DNA of 64,000 bases from Ostreococcus lucimarinus (lineage: Eukaryota), in the NCBI GenBank assembly GCA_000092065.1, contig CP000593.1, one strand, 5' to 3'. Below, one piece after another: positions 27,420 to 38,180 of the stretch (positions within the stretch are counted from its first letter, which is position 1; each line of letters begins with the position of its first letter). The notes under the pieces were generated by a model. It was not told the origin of the DNA and ran no database searches. It saw nothing but the letters and a program-made list of their open reading frames with translations. A program made the translations under genes and the position numbers.

Positions 27420-30374
27420 ATGCGCGTCGCCGTCGTCGCGGCGTGCGCGGTCGAGCGCGCGCGCGCGACGCGCGAGGACGCGGTCGGGACGAAAGATTTC
27501 GCGCTCGAGCGCGTCGGCGACGCGCGCGCGTGCGTCGCGCGGCTGTGCGCGTCGAGCGACGCGATCGCGAGCGTCGACGCGGCGACGGGCGCGATCGAGT
27601 GGCGCGTCGCGAGCGAGGACGCGATCGAGACGTTCGCGGCGGACGCGGCGCGCGGCGTGGCGACGACGACGTCGGGACGGGCGGACGCGCGAGGGAAGAC
27701 GATCCGTGGATACGATCTGCGCGACGCCCCGGGAGCGCTGCTGTGGGAAGATGTCAGCTACGGGGACGCGCACGAGAGCGAGCGGGCGATGCGGGAGGCG
27801 GAGACGCACGCGAGGGACGCGCCGGACGCGGCGGCGGGCGACGGGACGACGACGACGCTGGCGAGGGGGGAAGTGGTGATGCGAGAGACGCGCTCGGGGG
27901 AGGTTTTGTGGCGAGCGAAGGTGCGAGAGGCGGTGGTGGACGTGGCGTGGGCGCGGGTGTTCGTGGAGACGACGCGAGAGACGGCGTACGCGGTGGGGCG
28001 CGCGAGAGACGGCGGCGCGCCGTGCGCGGCGGCGATTCGCGTCGCGGACGGCTCGATCATCGGCGCCAAGTGCGCGGGTTCGAAGCACGCCGGCGTCGAG
28101 GGCGCGTTCACGATCGTCAGCGGTGAGAAAAAGTCGAGCGCGCTGGCGAGGATGGCGAATGGAAAATTGGTCGTCGTCGACGTCGACGCGTTGGCTCGCG
28201 GAAGCGCTCTCTTCGGCGCGGCGACGATCTCGAGCTTTCCAGCGCACGTTTACGGCGACGTCGACGCGTTGGAACCGCTGCGGGGACACGACGTGCGCGC
28301 GCAAGAGGCGGCGCAGACGCACGGTTTCGCCGTCGCGCGCGCGGGCGACGCGTGCGCGTTGATTCGCGTCGAGGCGGACACCGGCGCGATGCGCGTCGTC
28401 GCGAGATACGACGACGCGTGTCCCGCGTTCACGTCCGTGCACGTGCGCTCGGGGAAAGGGAAATTTGGTCTCGACGCCATCACCATCGGCGTCGTGCGCT
28501 CGAACGTCGTCGGTGAGGGTGTGAGAGAGTACGAGCGGTTCGCCATCTCAGTCGCGGACGGCGCGACGCGACGAGTCGGAACTTCTCGCCGCGGCGACGC
28601 GCGCGCGCGTGCGGGGCCGCCTGCGCGAGCCTTCTTCACATCGGATGACGCGGATGCGATGATCGTGGTCGACGAGGACGCGACGATGACGTACCACGAA
28701 GGGAACGTCGTGCGCTGGACGCGAGAAGAGGCTACCTCGCAAGCCGTTCAAGTCATCTTCGGCGACCTTCCCGAGAAGACGGACGCCGCGGGCGGCGTCC
28801 AGTTCACGAAACTCTCCTTGCGCGATCGCTCCGAGCTGCAATTGCTCGCGCTTAAGGCGCGATTCCAGCTCGCCGGGCCGAGAGAGATGGCGCGACTGAT
28901 CCATCTCCGCAGCGCGGACGCGACCAAGTTACTCGCCAAGAGAGACGCCAACGGATTTCGTAAATCCATCTTGACGCTCTCCGAGCGAGGTGCGATCGTG
29001 GCGTTGCACAACGGTGACGGAAGAACGCTTTGGCGTCAATATCTGGGTGGAAAATCCGTTGGGACGTTCAAGAGTCTGATGAAGTGGAAACCAATCGGCG
29101 GCGACGACGAAGTCGACTACGCACTCGCGATGGCGAAATCGTCGACGACGACGACCTTCTTCGTCGTCAACCAATTCACCGGAGAACTATTCGGCAAGCC
29201 TACGATCGTGGACGTCGCTGCGGCGCACGTGTTGCCCTTCACTCTACCCACAGGCGAAGACGCGCTGATCGTCGTCGACGCCGAAGGCCGCGCGGCGACG
29301 TACCCGAAGCGGGCCGAGCCGAGCGCGTTGGACGCGCTCAATAGTCTGTCGTACTACAAAGTCGATCAAACGACGAACGAGGTGCGAGGGTACAAACTTC
29401 GCAAAGCCTCGGATGGAATGACGACGATGGATTCTCTGCACACGTGGACGGTGTCGTTCCCACCAGCAGCCGGTTCCATCGTTGGATTCGCAAACAAGCC
29501 CACGTCTGAAGAACGCGTCAACTCGTGGACGCGCGTGCCGGGCGATCGCTCGACACTCTTCAAGTATCTCAATCCAAACACCATCTTCGTCGCCACGAGC
29601 GACGGAACCGCGGTGCACGTGAGCTTGATCGACGGCGTCACGGGAAGGATATTGTATCGCGTTCGCCACGGCGACGCGCGCGGACCGGTAAAAGCCGTGG
29701 TATGCGAAAATTGGGTGGCGTATCACTACTTCAACACGCGAGCGAAGCGGTACGCGATGAGCGTGCTCGAAATGTTCGATGACGGCGAAGAACGGCGAAA
29801 CTTAGCGGTGGGCGATTTACTGTACGATTCAATTTTGGGAAAAACGCGAAACGAGACGTCCAGCTCGTTGAATCCGCCACCCTTGCGCATCATCGGTCAG
29901 AGCTATTACGTTCGCCCGGAAGCCAAGATGATTTCCGTGACGCGTTCGAAGCGGGGCGTCACCGAGCCGGCGGTTCTGCTCGCCACGGCGAACGATCAAG
30001 TCGCGGCAATCGATAAGCGATTCTTAGATCCAAGGCGCCCGAACAAACCATCGGCGGCGGACCGAGAGGAAGGTTTGATCCCGTACACCGAAGTCATTCC
30101 GATTTTTCCCGGAAGCTGGGTCACGCACAAGCGCGTCGTACACGGCCTTCGCGGTCTCGTCACGGCGCCCGCCGAGCTCGAATCGTCTATTCACTTCGTC
30201 GCTCATGGTTTGGACTTGTTTTACGCCCGCATCACCCCGAGTCAATCCTTTGACGCCTTGGACGATGATTTCAATTATGTATTGCTCGTCTTCACCTTGG
30301 TCGCGCTCGCCGTCGGCGCTTTCGTGACAAAGCGCGCGGCGGATGCGGCTGACGCGAATCACGCGTGGCGATGA
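27420..30374 (+). CDS. ER membrane protein complex subunit 1 (EMC1)-like type I membrane protein
   Basis: ATG at 27420 is followed by signal-peptide-like MRVAVVAACAVERARA. A long lumenal region of about 900 aa has WD/PQQ-like beta-propeller character. The conserved C-terminal block (VCENWVAYHYFN...SVLEMFD...LLATANDQVAAIDKRFLDPRRP...) is followed by a single TM (YVLLVFTLVALAVGAFV) and a short basic tail. This architecture is that of EMC1. The identity is from memory and not computed. Confidence 0.55.
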   Translation: MRVAVVAACAVERARATREDAVGTKDFALERVGDARACVARLCASSDAIASVDAATGAIEWRVASEDAIETFAADAARGVATTTSGRADARGKTIRGYDLRDAPGALLWEDVSYGDAHESERAMREAETHARDAPDAAAGDGTTTTLARGEVVMRETRSGEVLWRAKVREAVVDVAWARVFVETTRETAYAVGRARDGGAPCAAAIRVADGSIIGAKCAGSKHAGVEGAFTIVSGEKKSSALARMANGKLVVVDVDALARGSALFGAATISSFPAHVYGDVDALEPLRGHDVRAQEAAQTHGFAVARAGDACALIRVEADTGAMRVVARYDDACPAFTSVHVRSGKGKFGLDAITIGVVRSNVVGEGVREYERFAISVADGATRRVGTSRRGDARARAGPPARAFFTSDDADAMIVVDEDATMTYHEGNVVRWTREEATSQAVQVIFGDLPEKTDAAGGVQFTKLSLRDRSELQLLALKARFQLAGPREMARLIHLRSADATKLLAKRDANGFRKSILTLSERGAIVALHNGDGRTLWRQYLGGKSVGTFKSLMKWKPIGGDDEVDYALAMAKSSTTTTFFVVNQFTGELFGKPTIVDVAAAHVLPFTLPTGEDALIVVDAEGRAATYPKRAEPSALDALNSLSYYKVDQTTNEVRGYKLRKASDGMTTMDSLHTWTVSFPPAAGSIVGFANKPTSEERVNSWTRVPGDRSTLFKYLNPNTIFVATSDGTAVHVSLIDGVTGRILYRVRHGDARGPVKAVVCENWVAYHYFNTRAKRYAMSVLEMFDDGEERRNLAVGDLLYDSILGKTRNETSSSLNPPPLRIIGQSYYVRPEAKMISVTRSKRGVTEPAVLLATANDQVAAIDKRFLDPRRPNKPSAADREEGLIPYTEVIPIFPGSWVTHKRVVHGLRGLVTAPAELESSIHFVAHGLDLFYARITPSQSFDALDDDFNYVLLVFTLVALAVGAFVTKRAADAADANHAWR

Positions 30375-30459
30375 TCGCGCTTTACCTCGATGCGCGTGGT
30401 CTCGATTAGCTATAGTTACAGCAAGCTGGTTGTGAAATCTAAAATCTATCGTCATTTCG

Positions 30460-31536
30460 CTACGCGCCGAATTTCTCACACACACCCTTGGCGAACCAAA
30501 AGTCGACGCCGTCGTGCTCGTCGCGCGCTCGTTCGCGAGATTTTCGGCAGTACACGCGAGGGTCGTTGTAATCGCGCGACTTCACTCCCGCGTATCCATC
30601 CAACGTGGTTCCAGCATCGATGAGCCCCCAGCCTTTGGAGTTGATGCGATCTTGCGCGCTCAAAATCGCGGTCTTCGCCGCCATACCGGCCGCCATGATG
30701 ACCACCGGCGGCTCGTCGAACGCGTCGCCGATTTCGAAAATTCGCTGTACGACGGAATCCGCGGCGCCGTCGCCGCCCATCCCCTTCCCACTCGCGTCTA
30801 CGAACGCGCTGTGCCCTATGAACGGCAACCCCTCGACGTGAGGTGGCCCCACTAAAATCACCTTGCGCTTTGCCTCGCGAACGACGTTGATGTACCCGTC
30901 GACGCCGTTCTCCTTCCACATCGACCTATCGTCGTCCCCCGGATCACCCATCGGCAAGAAAAAAAACGCGTGCCCGATCGTATCGTTCACGTCCACGCCG
31001 TCCATCGCCGCGTTCCAATTATTCCGCAGCGCCCCGTTGCACAGCCAGTGCACGCCGACGTTGAGCACGCAGTTCGGCGTCGCGCTCACGCTCATCAGCG
31101 CCCGCACCGCCAGTCGCATCGGCGACCCATCCCTCGCGCTCGAAATCATCTCCGCGTCTCCCCAGCGCGCCCATCCGAATCCGACGCGCGCGCGCGTCCT
31201 CCGTTCGACCTCTCTCACGAGCGCGAAGTCGCGCGTCGCGAACCGTCCTCGCACGTCGCGCTCGTTCGTGCACGCGCCCTCGTCTTTCGCCCCCGCGAGC
31301 AGCGTCGCCTTCAGCGTCGACCGCGTCGCGTCGTCTCGCGCCGCCGTCGCCGCTTCCGCGCCCTCGCGCGCGTCGTCGTCGACGGACGTCGTCGCGCTCG
31401 ACGTCGACGCCGTCGACGACGCCTCGCCGCCGGACCGCCACCGCGCGCCGACGGTGACGCACGCGACGAGCGCGAGGGCGCACGCGAGCGCGCGCTTCGC
31501 CGCGCGCGCGCCGCGCGCGCGTCGTCGCGTCGCCAT
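30460..31536 (-). CDS. Hypothetical signal-anchored (type II membrane or secreted) protein, function unknown
   Basis: Second ATG is the complement of 31534-31536. N-terminal hydrophobic anchor is RALACALALVACVTVGA. The remainder has a conserved-looking globular region (...ILVGPPHVEGLPFIGHSAFVDASGKGMGG...GWGLIDAGTTLDGYAGV...). I cannot assign a family. Confidence 0.35.
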   Translation of the reverse strand: MATRRRARGARAAKRALACALALVACVTVGARWRSGGEASSTASTSSATTSVDDDAREGAEAATAARDDATRSTLKATLLAGAKDEGACTNERDVRGRFATRDFALVREVERRTRARVGFGWARWGDAEMISSARDGSPMRLAVRALMSVSATPNCVLNVGVHWLCNGALRNNWNAAMDGVDVNDTIGHAFFFLPMGDPGDDDRSMWKENGVDGYINVVREAKRKVILVGPPHVEGLPFIGHSAFVDASGKGMGGDGAADSVVQRIFEIGDAFDEPPVVIMAAGMAAKTAILSAQDRINSKGWGLIDAGTTLDGYAGVKSRDYNDPRVYCRKSRERARDEHDGVDFWFAKGVCEKFGA

Positions 31537-31911
31537 GCGTCGCCGCGCGCGCGCGCGATGGATGGATGCGTCGCGCCTTCGATCATAAATTACACGCACT
31601 CACTGTATACACATACCCGAACGTCCGAAGATTTGGATATATAAATACACGCATTCGAGCGCTCGATCGCCCATGACGCGATCGTGCCCTCGCCCGCGCG
31701 TCTCGCGGCGACGGCGCGCGCCGCGCACCGCGACGCGTCGCCGCGATCGACGCGCGAATCGCGACGGGCGCGACGCGCGCGAGGCGTGGATCACCGCCGA
31801 CCGTCACGTCGCGAGCGCGCGAATCGCGCGCCGCGGCGACGTCGCGAGAGGATTCGATCGCCGCGCGATCGAGATCGCATCTTCTTTAATTTCCGCGCCG
31901 ACGAACGCGAC

Positions 31912-34900
31912 ATGAGCGACGACGCGAGCGATGCGGCGGTGAAAACGACGGAGGAGGCGGCGGGCGTCGTCGAGGCGGCGGGCGCGGCGAGCGAGGCGAC
32001 GGCGGCGATGGAAGAGACGACGACGACGGAGGCGGCGGCGGCGGCGGCGGACGACGACGCGGACGAACCGCGAGTCGACGCGAACGACGGTTCGGGGAAG
32101 GCGGAGAGAATGGATGAGGACGAAGACAGCGATAGCGAAGACGCGGGGATTCGACGACGACGGAGAAAGCGGGCGATGGAGTTGGATGAGGAAGATTACG
32201 AATTGCTCGAGGATAACCAAGTCACCGGGTTCAAGCGCAAGGAGAAGAAGAAACGGATTCAGACGGCGGCCGAGCGCGAGGGCGCGAGCGCGGGAGCGAA
32301 AGCGCCCGGGACGATCGCCGATCTCGAGCGTGGGTTGTTCGGGGACGACGACGAGGAGGCGGACGCCGGGGGGGAAGCGGCGGCGGACGAGGGCGCGGCG
32401 GCTGGGGCGGCGGACGAGGCGGCGAAACCGCCGCCGGCGCAGCAAGGTTTAGGGTACAGCGATGACAGTGAAGACGAGATGGACGACTTCATCGTTCGCG
32501 ACGAGACGGATGGCCCGCGAGAGACGAAGGAGGAACGTCAGCGAAGATACGCGTCCGCCATTCCCGGTTTGCGGCGCGATCAGCTCCAAGACGCGGCGGA
32601 CATCTTTGGCGACACCGATGAGTTGCATCGTATGTTCGCCGCTCGTAATCGCACTGGTGGCGCCAAAGAAGACGTCGTGGAAGAATTGAGTGAGGACGAA
32701 GAGAGTGATGGCGACGAATTGGACACGTTTATCGAAAAGGACGGAGCCACCGAGGAAGACTACGAACAGGCCAAGGCCGCGAGTGATGCGCGAAAAGCGG
32801 CCAAGGCGGCGAGAAAGAGTGCAGGGCGAAAGTCATCGGGCGGCGAAACCAAGGATTGGGCATCTCAAACCTTCGAACCGTCCGTCATCAAGGAACAGAT
32901 GTTGACTGCGAAGGATGACGCGATTCGTGCGCAAGATTTACCAGAGCGTCAGCAACTCAAGCCACGTCCCGCGCACGCGCCGACGGATTGGGGCATGGAA
33001 GCGATGTGGATTTTTGATCGCATCATGGGTAGAGACTCGATCCAAAACAAGCCGACCGTGGAAGGTTATTCCCTTCTGTACGGGGTGGCAGATTACGAAA
33101 ACGAAAACGACCGCAACAATCGACAAGAGCAAATTGCAGGCCTGCAGGAAAGTTTGCCGCAAGAAGAAGAAGAGGAAATCACGCGATGCATCGCGTTATT
33201 ACTCACTCTCACTTTTGACCACCACTTGGAGATTCCGTACATCGTCTCGCAACGTCGCGATGATTTGCTGCCTCTGTTGCGAGGGCGCGCCGAGGAAGCG
33301 CGTCCGGCGCTGACTGAGGATGGCGACAACTACCAACGACTTCTGAGACGTTTCGATGTCATCGATGCCATAATGGAATGGGACGAACGATACGTGAAAC
33401 TGGAACTTCGCAAGGCGAGAATCGCGTCGGCGCTTGAACAAGCCGCGAACGAGAAGGGTGAAAGCGAGCAAGGCCACGTCGCACGCCAGTGCATGGAATT
33501 GGTGCGAGTCGCGTACTTGGATAAGCACGTCGACGATGCCGAAGCCAAGGCAAACTTGTTCTTTGCTTCACTCGATGCAAACTCAAAGCTTCGTCGACCG
33601 GGTCGCAAGACGCAATACGACGCGCACGTCAAGCGAGGCATTCGCGACCTCGTCAACATGTCTGGCCCCACCGCGGAAGCTTTCGGCGAAGCCATCAAGA
33701 GTGGAATCCCCAGCGAACTCATGGCAAACTTGACGCCAGAAGATGTTGCCAAGGTGTACTTTGACCAAGGGTATGCGAACAGCGATGAAGTGATGCAGGC
33801 ATTTGTGAACGTGGCGGCGACGGAGATTGGCGCAGAGTCCGAAGTGCGCAAATGGTTCCGGGATGAATTTTTGGGCCATGCCACCATCACGACGCAGCCT
33901 ACGCCGGAAGGCACGGATATCATCGATCCATGGCATCCAATTGCTCCGGTGAAGCGCTTATTGAAGATGCCCGTGTACATTCTCCAAGGTGAACAATTCG
34001 CGCAGATTCTCGAAGGCAAGCGTCGAGGGCTACTCAAGGTCGACATTGGTTTCGGCGACGAGCGCTTGACCAGCGTGATTGAGCGCATGGAAAAAGCGTA
34101 CTTGAGTGAAAGCATGAGTGATCTCGCGTCGACTTGGAACGAAGTACGTCGCAGAGTGATTCGGGCCGCGCTCGAAGAGCACCTACTTCCGACGTTTTCG
34201 CGCGAGACGGCGAGTCAGCTTGCGCTAGATGCAAGAGACGCATTGAATCGCGCGTGCGCTGACGGCGCATGGAACTACATTTGTCACGCCCCTTGGCGTC
34301 CGGCGAACACGGAAGACCAAGATATCGAAGTGCGCGTCGTCGCCGCCGTCTCTGGTTCGCCCGCCACATTCGTCGCGCTCGATTCAGCCGGCGAGCTTGT
34401 CGACTTCATTCAATGTCATACCCTCGGGCGCAACATCGGCGGGCCCGGAAACGTCGGTGGCGCGCAAATGATGAATCAACAGGATGAGATTCAAGCGCTC
34501 ATGGATTTTATCGTTCAACACCGTCCTCACGTGTGTTGCGTCGGCGCGAGCGGTATGGATTCAAAGCGCGTGAAAGAGTCGCTCAACCTTGTCGTCGGTC
34601 GCATCATCGAAGAGCAACCGCGCGCGATTCCAGAAGAAGTTTCCGAAATTGCAGTTCACTTTGTGGACGATTCTGTCGCGAAATTGTGCGAAAACGCGAA
34701 AGAGACCAAGGCAGAGATGCCCGAGCAGCAGCCGTCTGTGTTGCGCGCCGTGGCGTTGGGTAGAGGTCTGCTGAACCCCGCCGCCGTGGTGGCTTCTCTC
34801 GTGAGCGGTGGCGAAGTCGCTTCGTTGAGAATGTGTCCGCTACAAGATTCGATGCTGAGCAAAGACGATCGCGTCGCCATCGTCGAACGCCAGCTCATAA

Positions 34901-36510
34901 ACCTTGTGAACCAAGTCGGCGTCGACGTCAACATGGCTAGCGCGCATCCATGGTGCAGCGTGTTGCTTCGTTACGTCGGTGGTCTCGGCCCTCGCAAGGC
35001 AACCTTAGTGATAAACGCTGTGCGCACGACCGAAGGTGGCGTCGTTGACTCGCGAGAAGATTTGAAATCGGCTTTGGGCGAGGTTGTCTTTAGGAATGCG
35101 GCGAGCTTCTTGCGAATCACCGAGGCGGACATGCTTGATTCCACGCGTTGCCACCCCGAGCGTTACGAGCAAGCGATGGCGATCGTAGTGAATGCTTTAG
35201 AACTCGAGGCCAACCTTGCGGCGATGGATAAGTACGAACGCGAGCGTATCTTACAAAAAGTGTTCGATCCGAAAACGTGGGAGCAAAAGGTGGCGCCGCT
35301 CATCCTCGAAGAGTATGCCGAGTATTTGGAGTCGGAAGGCGCGGGTAAATCTTTGGAGGCACTTCGCGAGATTCGCATAGAGTTCCGTCATCCATTTGAG
35401 GAGCTTCGTCCGCCGTGGATGCCACTCACCGCTGAAGACGAATTCGCTTTACTTACCGGAGAAACCATGCACACGCTGAGCGCGGGTAAACTCATCCAGT
35501 GTACGGTGAAGAAGATTGAAGGTCCTCGTGATGGCCGAGGCGCACGCGCCGTCTGTACACTCGACAGTGGCCTCACTGGTTACGTCGAAAAGTACGACGT
35601 GAGCGACGATCAAAGCTTCAGCCGCATCGAAGAAAAAGTCGCCCTCGGTCAAGTCATCACGGCGCGCGTCAAGCCGGACGGCGTCGACGTGCACAACTTT
35701 TCCGTCCAACTCGCGTGCAGTTCTTCGGCGCTGCATCCCGATGAGACGCTCCAGTGGGAGCAACACTTGCATTACACGGAAGCAAACGGTTACTACAGCA
35801 TGGTGAAGCAGCCGGGCGAGGTGCGATTGAAGAAGCAAAAGTCGAAGAAGGATATGCAAAAGAGAACCTTCGTGCCGCGTAACATCGATCACCCCAACTT
35901 CCAAAACGTCAGTTGGGCAGAAGCCGTGGAACGACTCGATACCGCGGACATCGGAGAAGTCATCATTCGTCCGAGTGGAAGAGGCACGAAAAACATCGAT
36001 TGCTCTATCAAAGTGTACGACGGCGTTGTCTCTAACATCAACATCAAAGAGACAAAGAAGGACTCTGGCGTTGGCAACCTCGGTCTCGGTACTCCGCTCA
36101 TCATCGACGACGAAGAGTACGAAGACTTGGATGAAGTCATGGCGAGACATATCGAACCGATCGTGTCCAACGTCAAGCATATGCTCAAGCACCGCAAGTT
36201 TATGCGCGGATCGGCGGAGGACATCGACAACGCCCTGAAACAGCAACTTGCCCGTAACCCGGGTATCCGCCCGTACGCCCTCGGCGTAGTCGAGCAGCGA
36301 GTGAACAAAGGCATGGTGTTGTTCTGCATCTCATTCATCATGAGTTCCAGTGGTCGTGTGCACCATGAGTACATTAAGGTCATCCCCGCGGGCTTCTACT
36401 ACCGCAAGATGGAGTTCCCGTCCGTCGATCGTATGTTGGCCTACTTCAAAGTCAACTGCTCCAAGCCGCCCCCGGGCGCGCGCGATATGGACAACGGCGG
36501 ATGGAACTAA
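31912..36510 (+). CDS. SPT6: Transcription elongation factor SPT6
   Basis: Acidic N-terminus (DEDEDSDSEDAG..., EEDYELLEDNQ). Central HtH/YqgF(RuvC-like)/HhH region. S1 domain (..LTGYVEKYDVSDDQSF...GQVITARVKPDGVDVHNFSVQLACSS). C-terminal SH2 (FVPRNIDHPNFQNVSWAEAVERL...IIRPSGRGTKNIDCSIKV). About 1530 aa in a single exon. ATG at 31912 (MSDDASDAAVKTTEE) is preferred over the ORF-track start at 31684, which is R-rich. Confidence 0.9.
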   Translation: MSDDASDAAVKTTEEAAGVVEAAGAASEATAAMEETTTTEAAAAAADDDADEPRVDANDGSGKAERMDEDEDSDSEDAGIRRRRRKRAMELDEEDYELLEDNQVTGFKRKEKKKRIQTAAEREGASAGAKAPGTIADLERGLFGDDDEEADAGGEAAADEGAAAGAADEAAKPPPAQQGLGYSDDSEDEMDDFIVRDETDGPRETKEERQRRYASAIPGLRRDQLQDAADIFGDTDELHRMFAARNRTGGAKEDVVEELSEDEESDGDELDTFIEKDGATEEDYEQAKAASDARKAAKAARKSAGRKSSGGETKDWASQTFEPSVIKEQMLTAKDDAIRAQDLPERQQLKPRPAHAPTDWGMEAMWIFDRIMGRDSIQNKPTVEGYSLLYGVADYENENDRNNRQEQIAGLQESLPQEEEEEITRCIALLLTLTFDHHLEIPYIVSQRRDDLLPLLRGRAEEARPALTEDGDNYQRLLRRFDVIDAIMEWDERYVKLELRKARIASALEQAANEKGESEQGHVARQCMELVRVAYLDKHVDDAEAKANLFFASLDANSKLRRPGRKTQYDAHVKRGIRDLVNMSGPTAEAFGEAIKSGIPSELMANLTPEDVAKVYFDQGYANSDEVMQAFVNVAATEIGAESEVRKWFRDEFLGHATITTQPTPEGTDIIDPWHPIAPVKRLLKMPVYILQGEQFAQILEGKRRGLLKVDIGFGDERLTSVIERMEKAYLSESMSDLASTWNEVRRRVIRAALEEHLLPTFSRETASQLALDARDALNRACADGAWNYICHAPWRPANTEDQDIEVRVVAAVSGSPATFVALDSAGELVDFIQCHTLGRNIGGPGNVGGAQMMNQQDEIQALMDFIVQHRPHVCCVGASGMDSKRVKESLNLVVGRIIEEQPRAIPEEVSEIAVHFVDDSVAKLCENAKETKAEMPEQQPSVLRAVALGRGLLNPAAVVASLVSGGEVASLRMCPLQDSMLSKDDRVAIVERQLINLVNQVGVDVNMASAHPWCSVLLRYVGGLGPRKATLVINAVRTTEGGVVDSREDLKSALGEVVFRNAASFLRITEADMLDSTRCHPERYEQAMAIVVNALELEANLAAMDKYERERILQKVFDPKTWEQKVAPLILEEYAEYLESEGAGKSLEALREIRIEFRHPFEELRPPWMPLTAEDEFALLTGETMHTLSAGKLIQCTVKKIEGPRDGRGARAVCTLDSGLTGYVEKYDVSDDQSFSRIEEKVALGQVITARVKPDGVDVHNFSVQLACSSSALHPDETLQWEQHLHYTEANGYYSMVKQPGEVRLKKQKSKKDMQKRTFVPRNIDHPNFQNVSWAEAVERLDTADIGEVIIRPSGRGTKNIDCSIKVYDGVVSNINIKETKKDSGVGNLGLGTPLIIDDEEYEDLDEVMARHIEPIVSNVKHMLKHRKFMRGSAEDIDNALKQQLARNPGIRPYALGVVEQRVNKGMVLFCISFIMSSSGRVHHEYIKVIPAGFYYRKMEFPSVDRMLAYFKVNCSKPPPGARDMDNGGWN

Positions 36511-36565
36511 TCAGCACACACACACAAACACACACAAACACACAAAACAAAAAACCTACATTAGT
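36511..36565. repeat. CA-rich low-complexity tract (acacacaaacacacacaaacacacaaaacaaaaaac) in the SPT6-SPO11 intergenic region
   Basis: Direct reading immediately after the SPT6 stop codon. Confidence 0.8.
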
Positions 36566-36688
36566 AAATACGTTGCAATCACGACGCGTACAAATCTTAG
36601 CATCTTAGCGATTCGGCCTCCGAGACGGCCCTCGACCGCACACTCCCGCGCGACCGGTTTCGTGCCGACGCGCGACGTCTCGCCGCGC

Positions 36689-38065
36689 ATGACTGACGAC
36701 CTCGAATGCGTCGATTTCGCGCCCCCGCGCTCGCCCGCGACGCTCGAGCACGACGGTGGACGATTCTTTGACGACGATTCGCAAGACTTTGCAAACTTTG
36801 TCGGCGACGGCGACGACGAGGACGAGGACGACGTGTTCGATACCGTATTCTCCGCGCAAACCCGCATGCGCGCGCGCGTACTGGAGCGCATTGAGTTACT
36901 TGCGTGTAAGTTCGCGCAGGACGCCCTGCGCGCGGGCGATGGTGCGAGTGGGGGAATGCCCGTCGTGCGCGGCGATCGCCTCTCGAGATCGAATCGGCGC
37001 TACGAGAACGGGGAGGCGATCGATGAGGATGACCCGAGCGATAGCGACGAGAACGACGACATCGGAGGCAAAAGAAACGATGAATCACGAACATCTTGCG
37101 TTGTCGCCAGGTTTACGGGCGATGGAAACGCGTACGAGCGGTTTTGGGATGTTTTGAGCGTGCTCGCCAACGCGTTGCGACGGACCGATTGCGAGAGCGG
37201 CATGTCGCTGCGCGAGCTTTATTACGTGATGAATAGTCGCGGTCGACGCGGTGGTTGGCCAAGTGGTTCGACGCAAACGCGCGTGACGGAACATCAAATC
37301 GCGGCGACGATTCGGAAAATATCACAAGCTCTGGGTGCGCCCAGAATTGCCCTCGGAATCGTTGCGGCTTCGAAGGGGCAGGTGGCTGGTCGATGTCACA
37401 TCGAAACCGCCTCGGGCGCTCGATTCGATTGCACCGCGTGCGGGAACGATGGGTGGGCAATTACGGGTGATTTATTTGAGCTCGACGCGACGAAGATTCA
37501 CAGCGACGCAGCGTACGTGATCGTCGTAGAGAAGGACGCCGTGTTTAATCGTTTGTGCGCCGAACGCGTCTTTGAAAAGTTGCCGTGCGTGCTCGTCACA
37601 GCGAAAGGATTTCCAGATTTGGCGACTAGGAAATTTCTCCACTTGTTGCGACGCGCGCTCGAGGACAACGACCGCGGGAACGAGGCGCAGTTTTTCGGGC
37701 TCGTCGATTGGAATCCGTCGGGTTGCTGGATTCTGTCTACGTACACAGTCGGAAACTCGTCGAGCGCAATGGACGTGTCAGAATACGTCACGCCGCTGAA
37801 ATGGATCGGTTTACGTTCGCAAGATTTGTATTTGATCCCCGAGTGCGCGTTTCAGGCGTTGTCGAGCCGAGACGAGGCGATGATTAACAACGCGCTGAAC
37901 GAAACCGCGGCGACGCATCCGCTGAGACCTTTCGCGAGCGAGTTAGAAGTGATGCAGGCGCGAGGTCAGAAGGCTGAGATCGAAGCGTTATACGCGAATG
38001 ATGACATCTCTTTCTTGCTCACCGACTTCGTGTCGTCCAAGATTGCGGCGTTCGAGGAGGAGTGA
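36689..38065 (+). CDS. SPO11: Meiotic recombination protein SPO11 / topoisomerase VI subunit A homologue
   Basis: ATG at 36689. Winged-helix/5Y-CAP region has the catalytic Tyr context (..MSLRELYYVMNSR..). The Toprim domain reads AAYVIVVEKDAVFNRLCAERVFEKLPCVLVTAKGFPDLATRKFLHLL with the acidic metal-binding residues (..GLVDWNPSG..). The ORF-track extension back to 36350 overlaps the SPT6 3' end and is not coding. Confidence 0.85.
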   Translation: MTDDLECVDFAPPRSPATLEHDGGRFFDDDSQDFANFVGDGDDEDEDDVFDTVFSAQTRMRARVLERIELLACKFAQDALRAGDGASGGMPVVRGDRLSRSNRRYENGEAIDEDDPSDSDENDDIGGKRNDESRTSCVVARFTGDGNAYERFWDVLSVLANALRRTDCESGMSLRELYYVMNSRGRRGGWPSGSTQTRVTEHQIAATIRKISQALGAPRIALGIVAASKGQVAGRCHIETASGARFDCTACGNDGWAITGDLFELDATKIHSDAAYVIVVEKDAVFNRLCAERVFEKLPCVLVTAKGFPDLATRKFLHLLRRALEDNDRGNEAQFFGLVDWNPSGCWILSTYTVGNSSSAMDVSEYVTPLKWIGLRSQDLYLIPECAFQALSSRDEAMINNALNETAATHPLRPFASELEVMQARGQKAEIEALYANDDISFLLTDFVSSKIAAFEEE

Positions 38066-38180
38066 CGGCGCGTCTTCATCGTAAATCTTTCCAATCATAT
38101 AGTATTACCATTCGTTCGTTTTCATTCGCGCTTAAAAATCATATCAACTGTTTTACTGTACGCATCACATCGCATCGCAT

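Noticed and set aside
36350-36688. An overlap between the SPT6 and SPO11 coding regions.
   Set aside because: The apparent overlap is an artefact of the ORF track extending the SPO11 frame upstream through the SPT6 3' end. With ATG 36689 the genes are separate, 179 bp apart.
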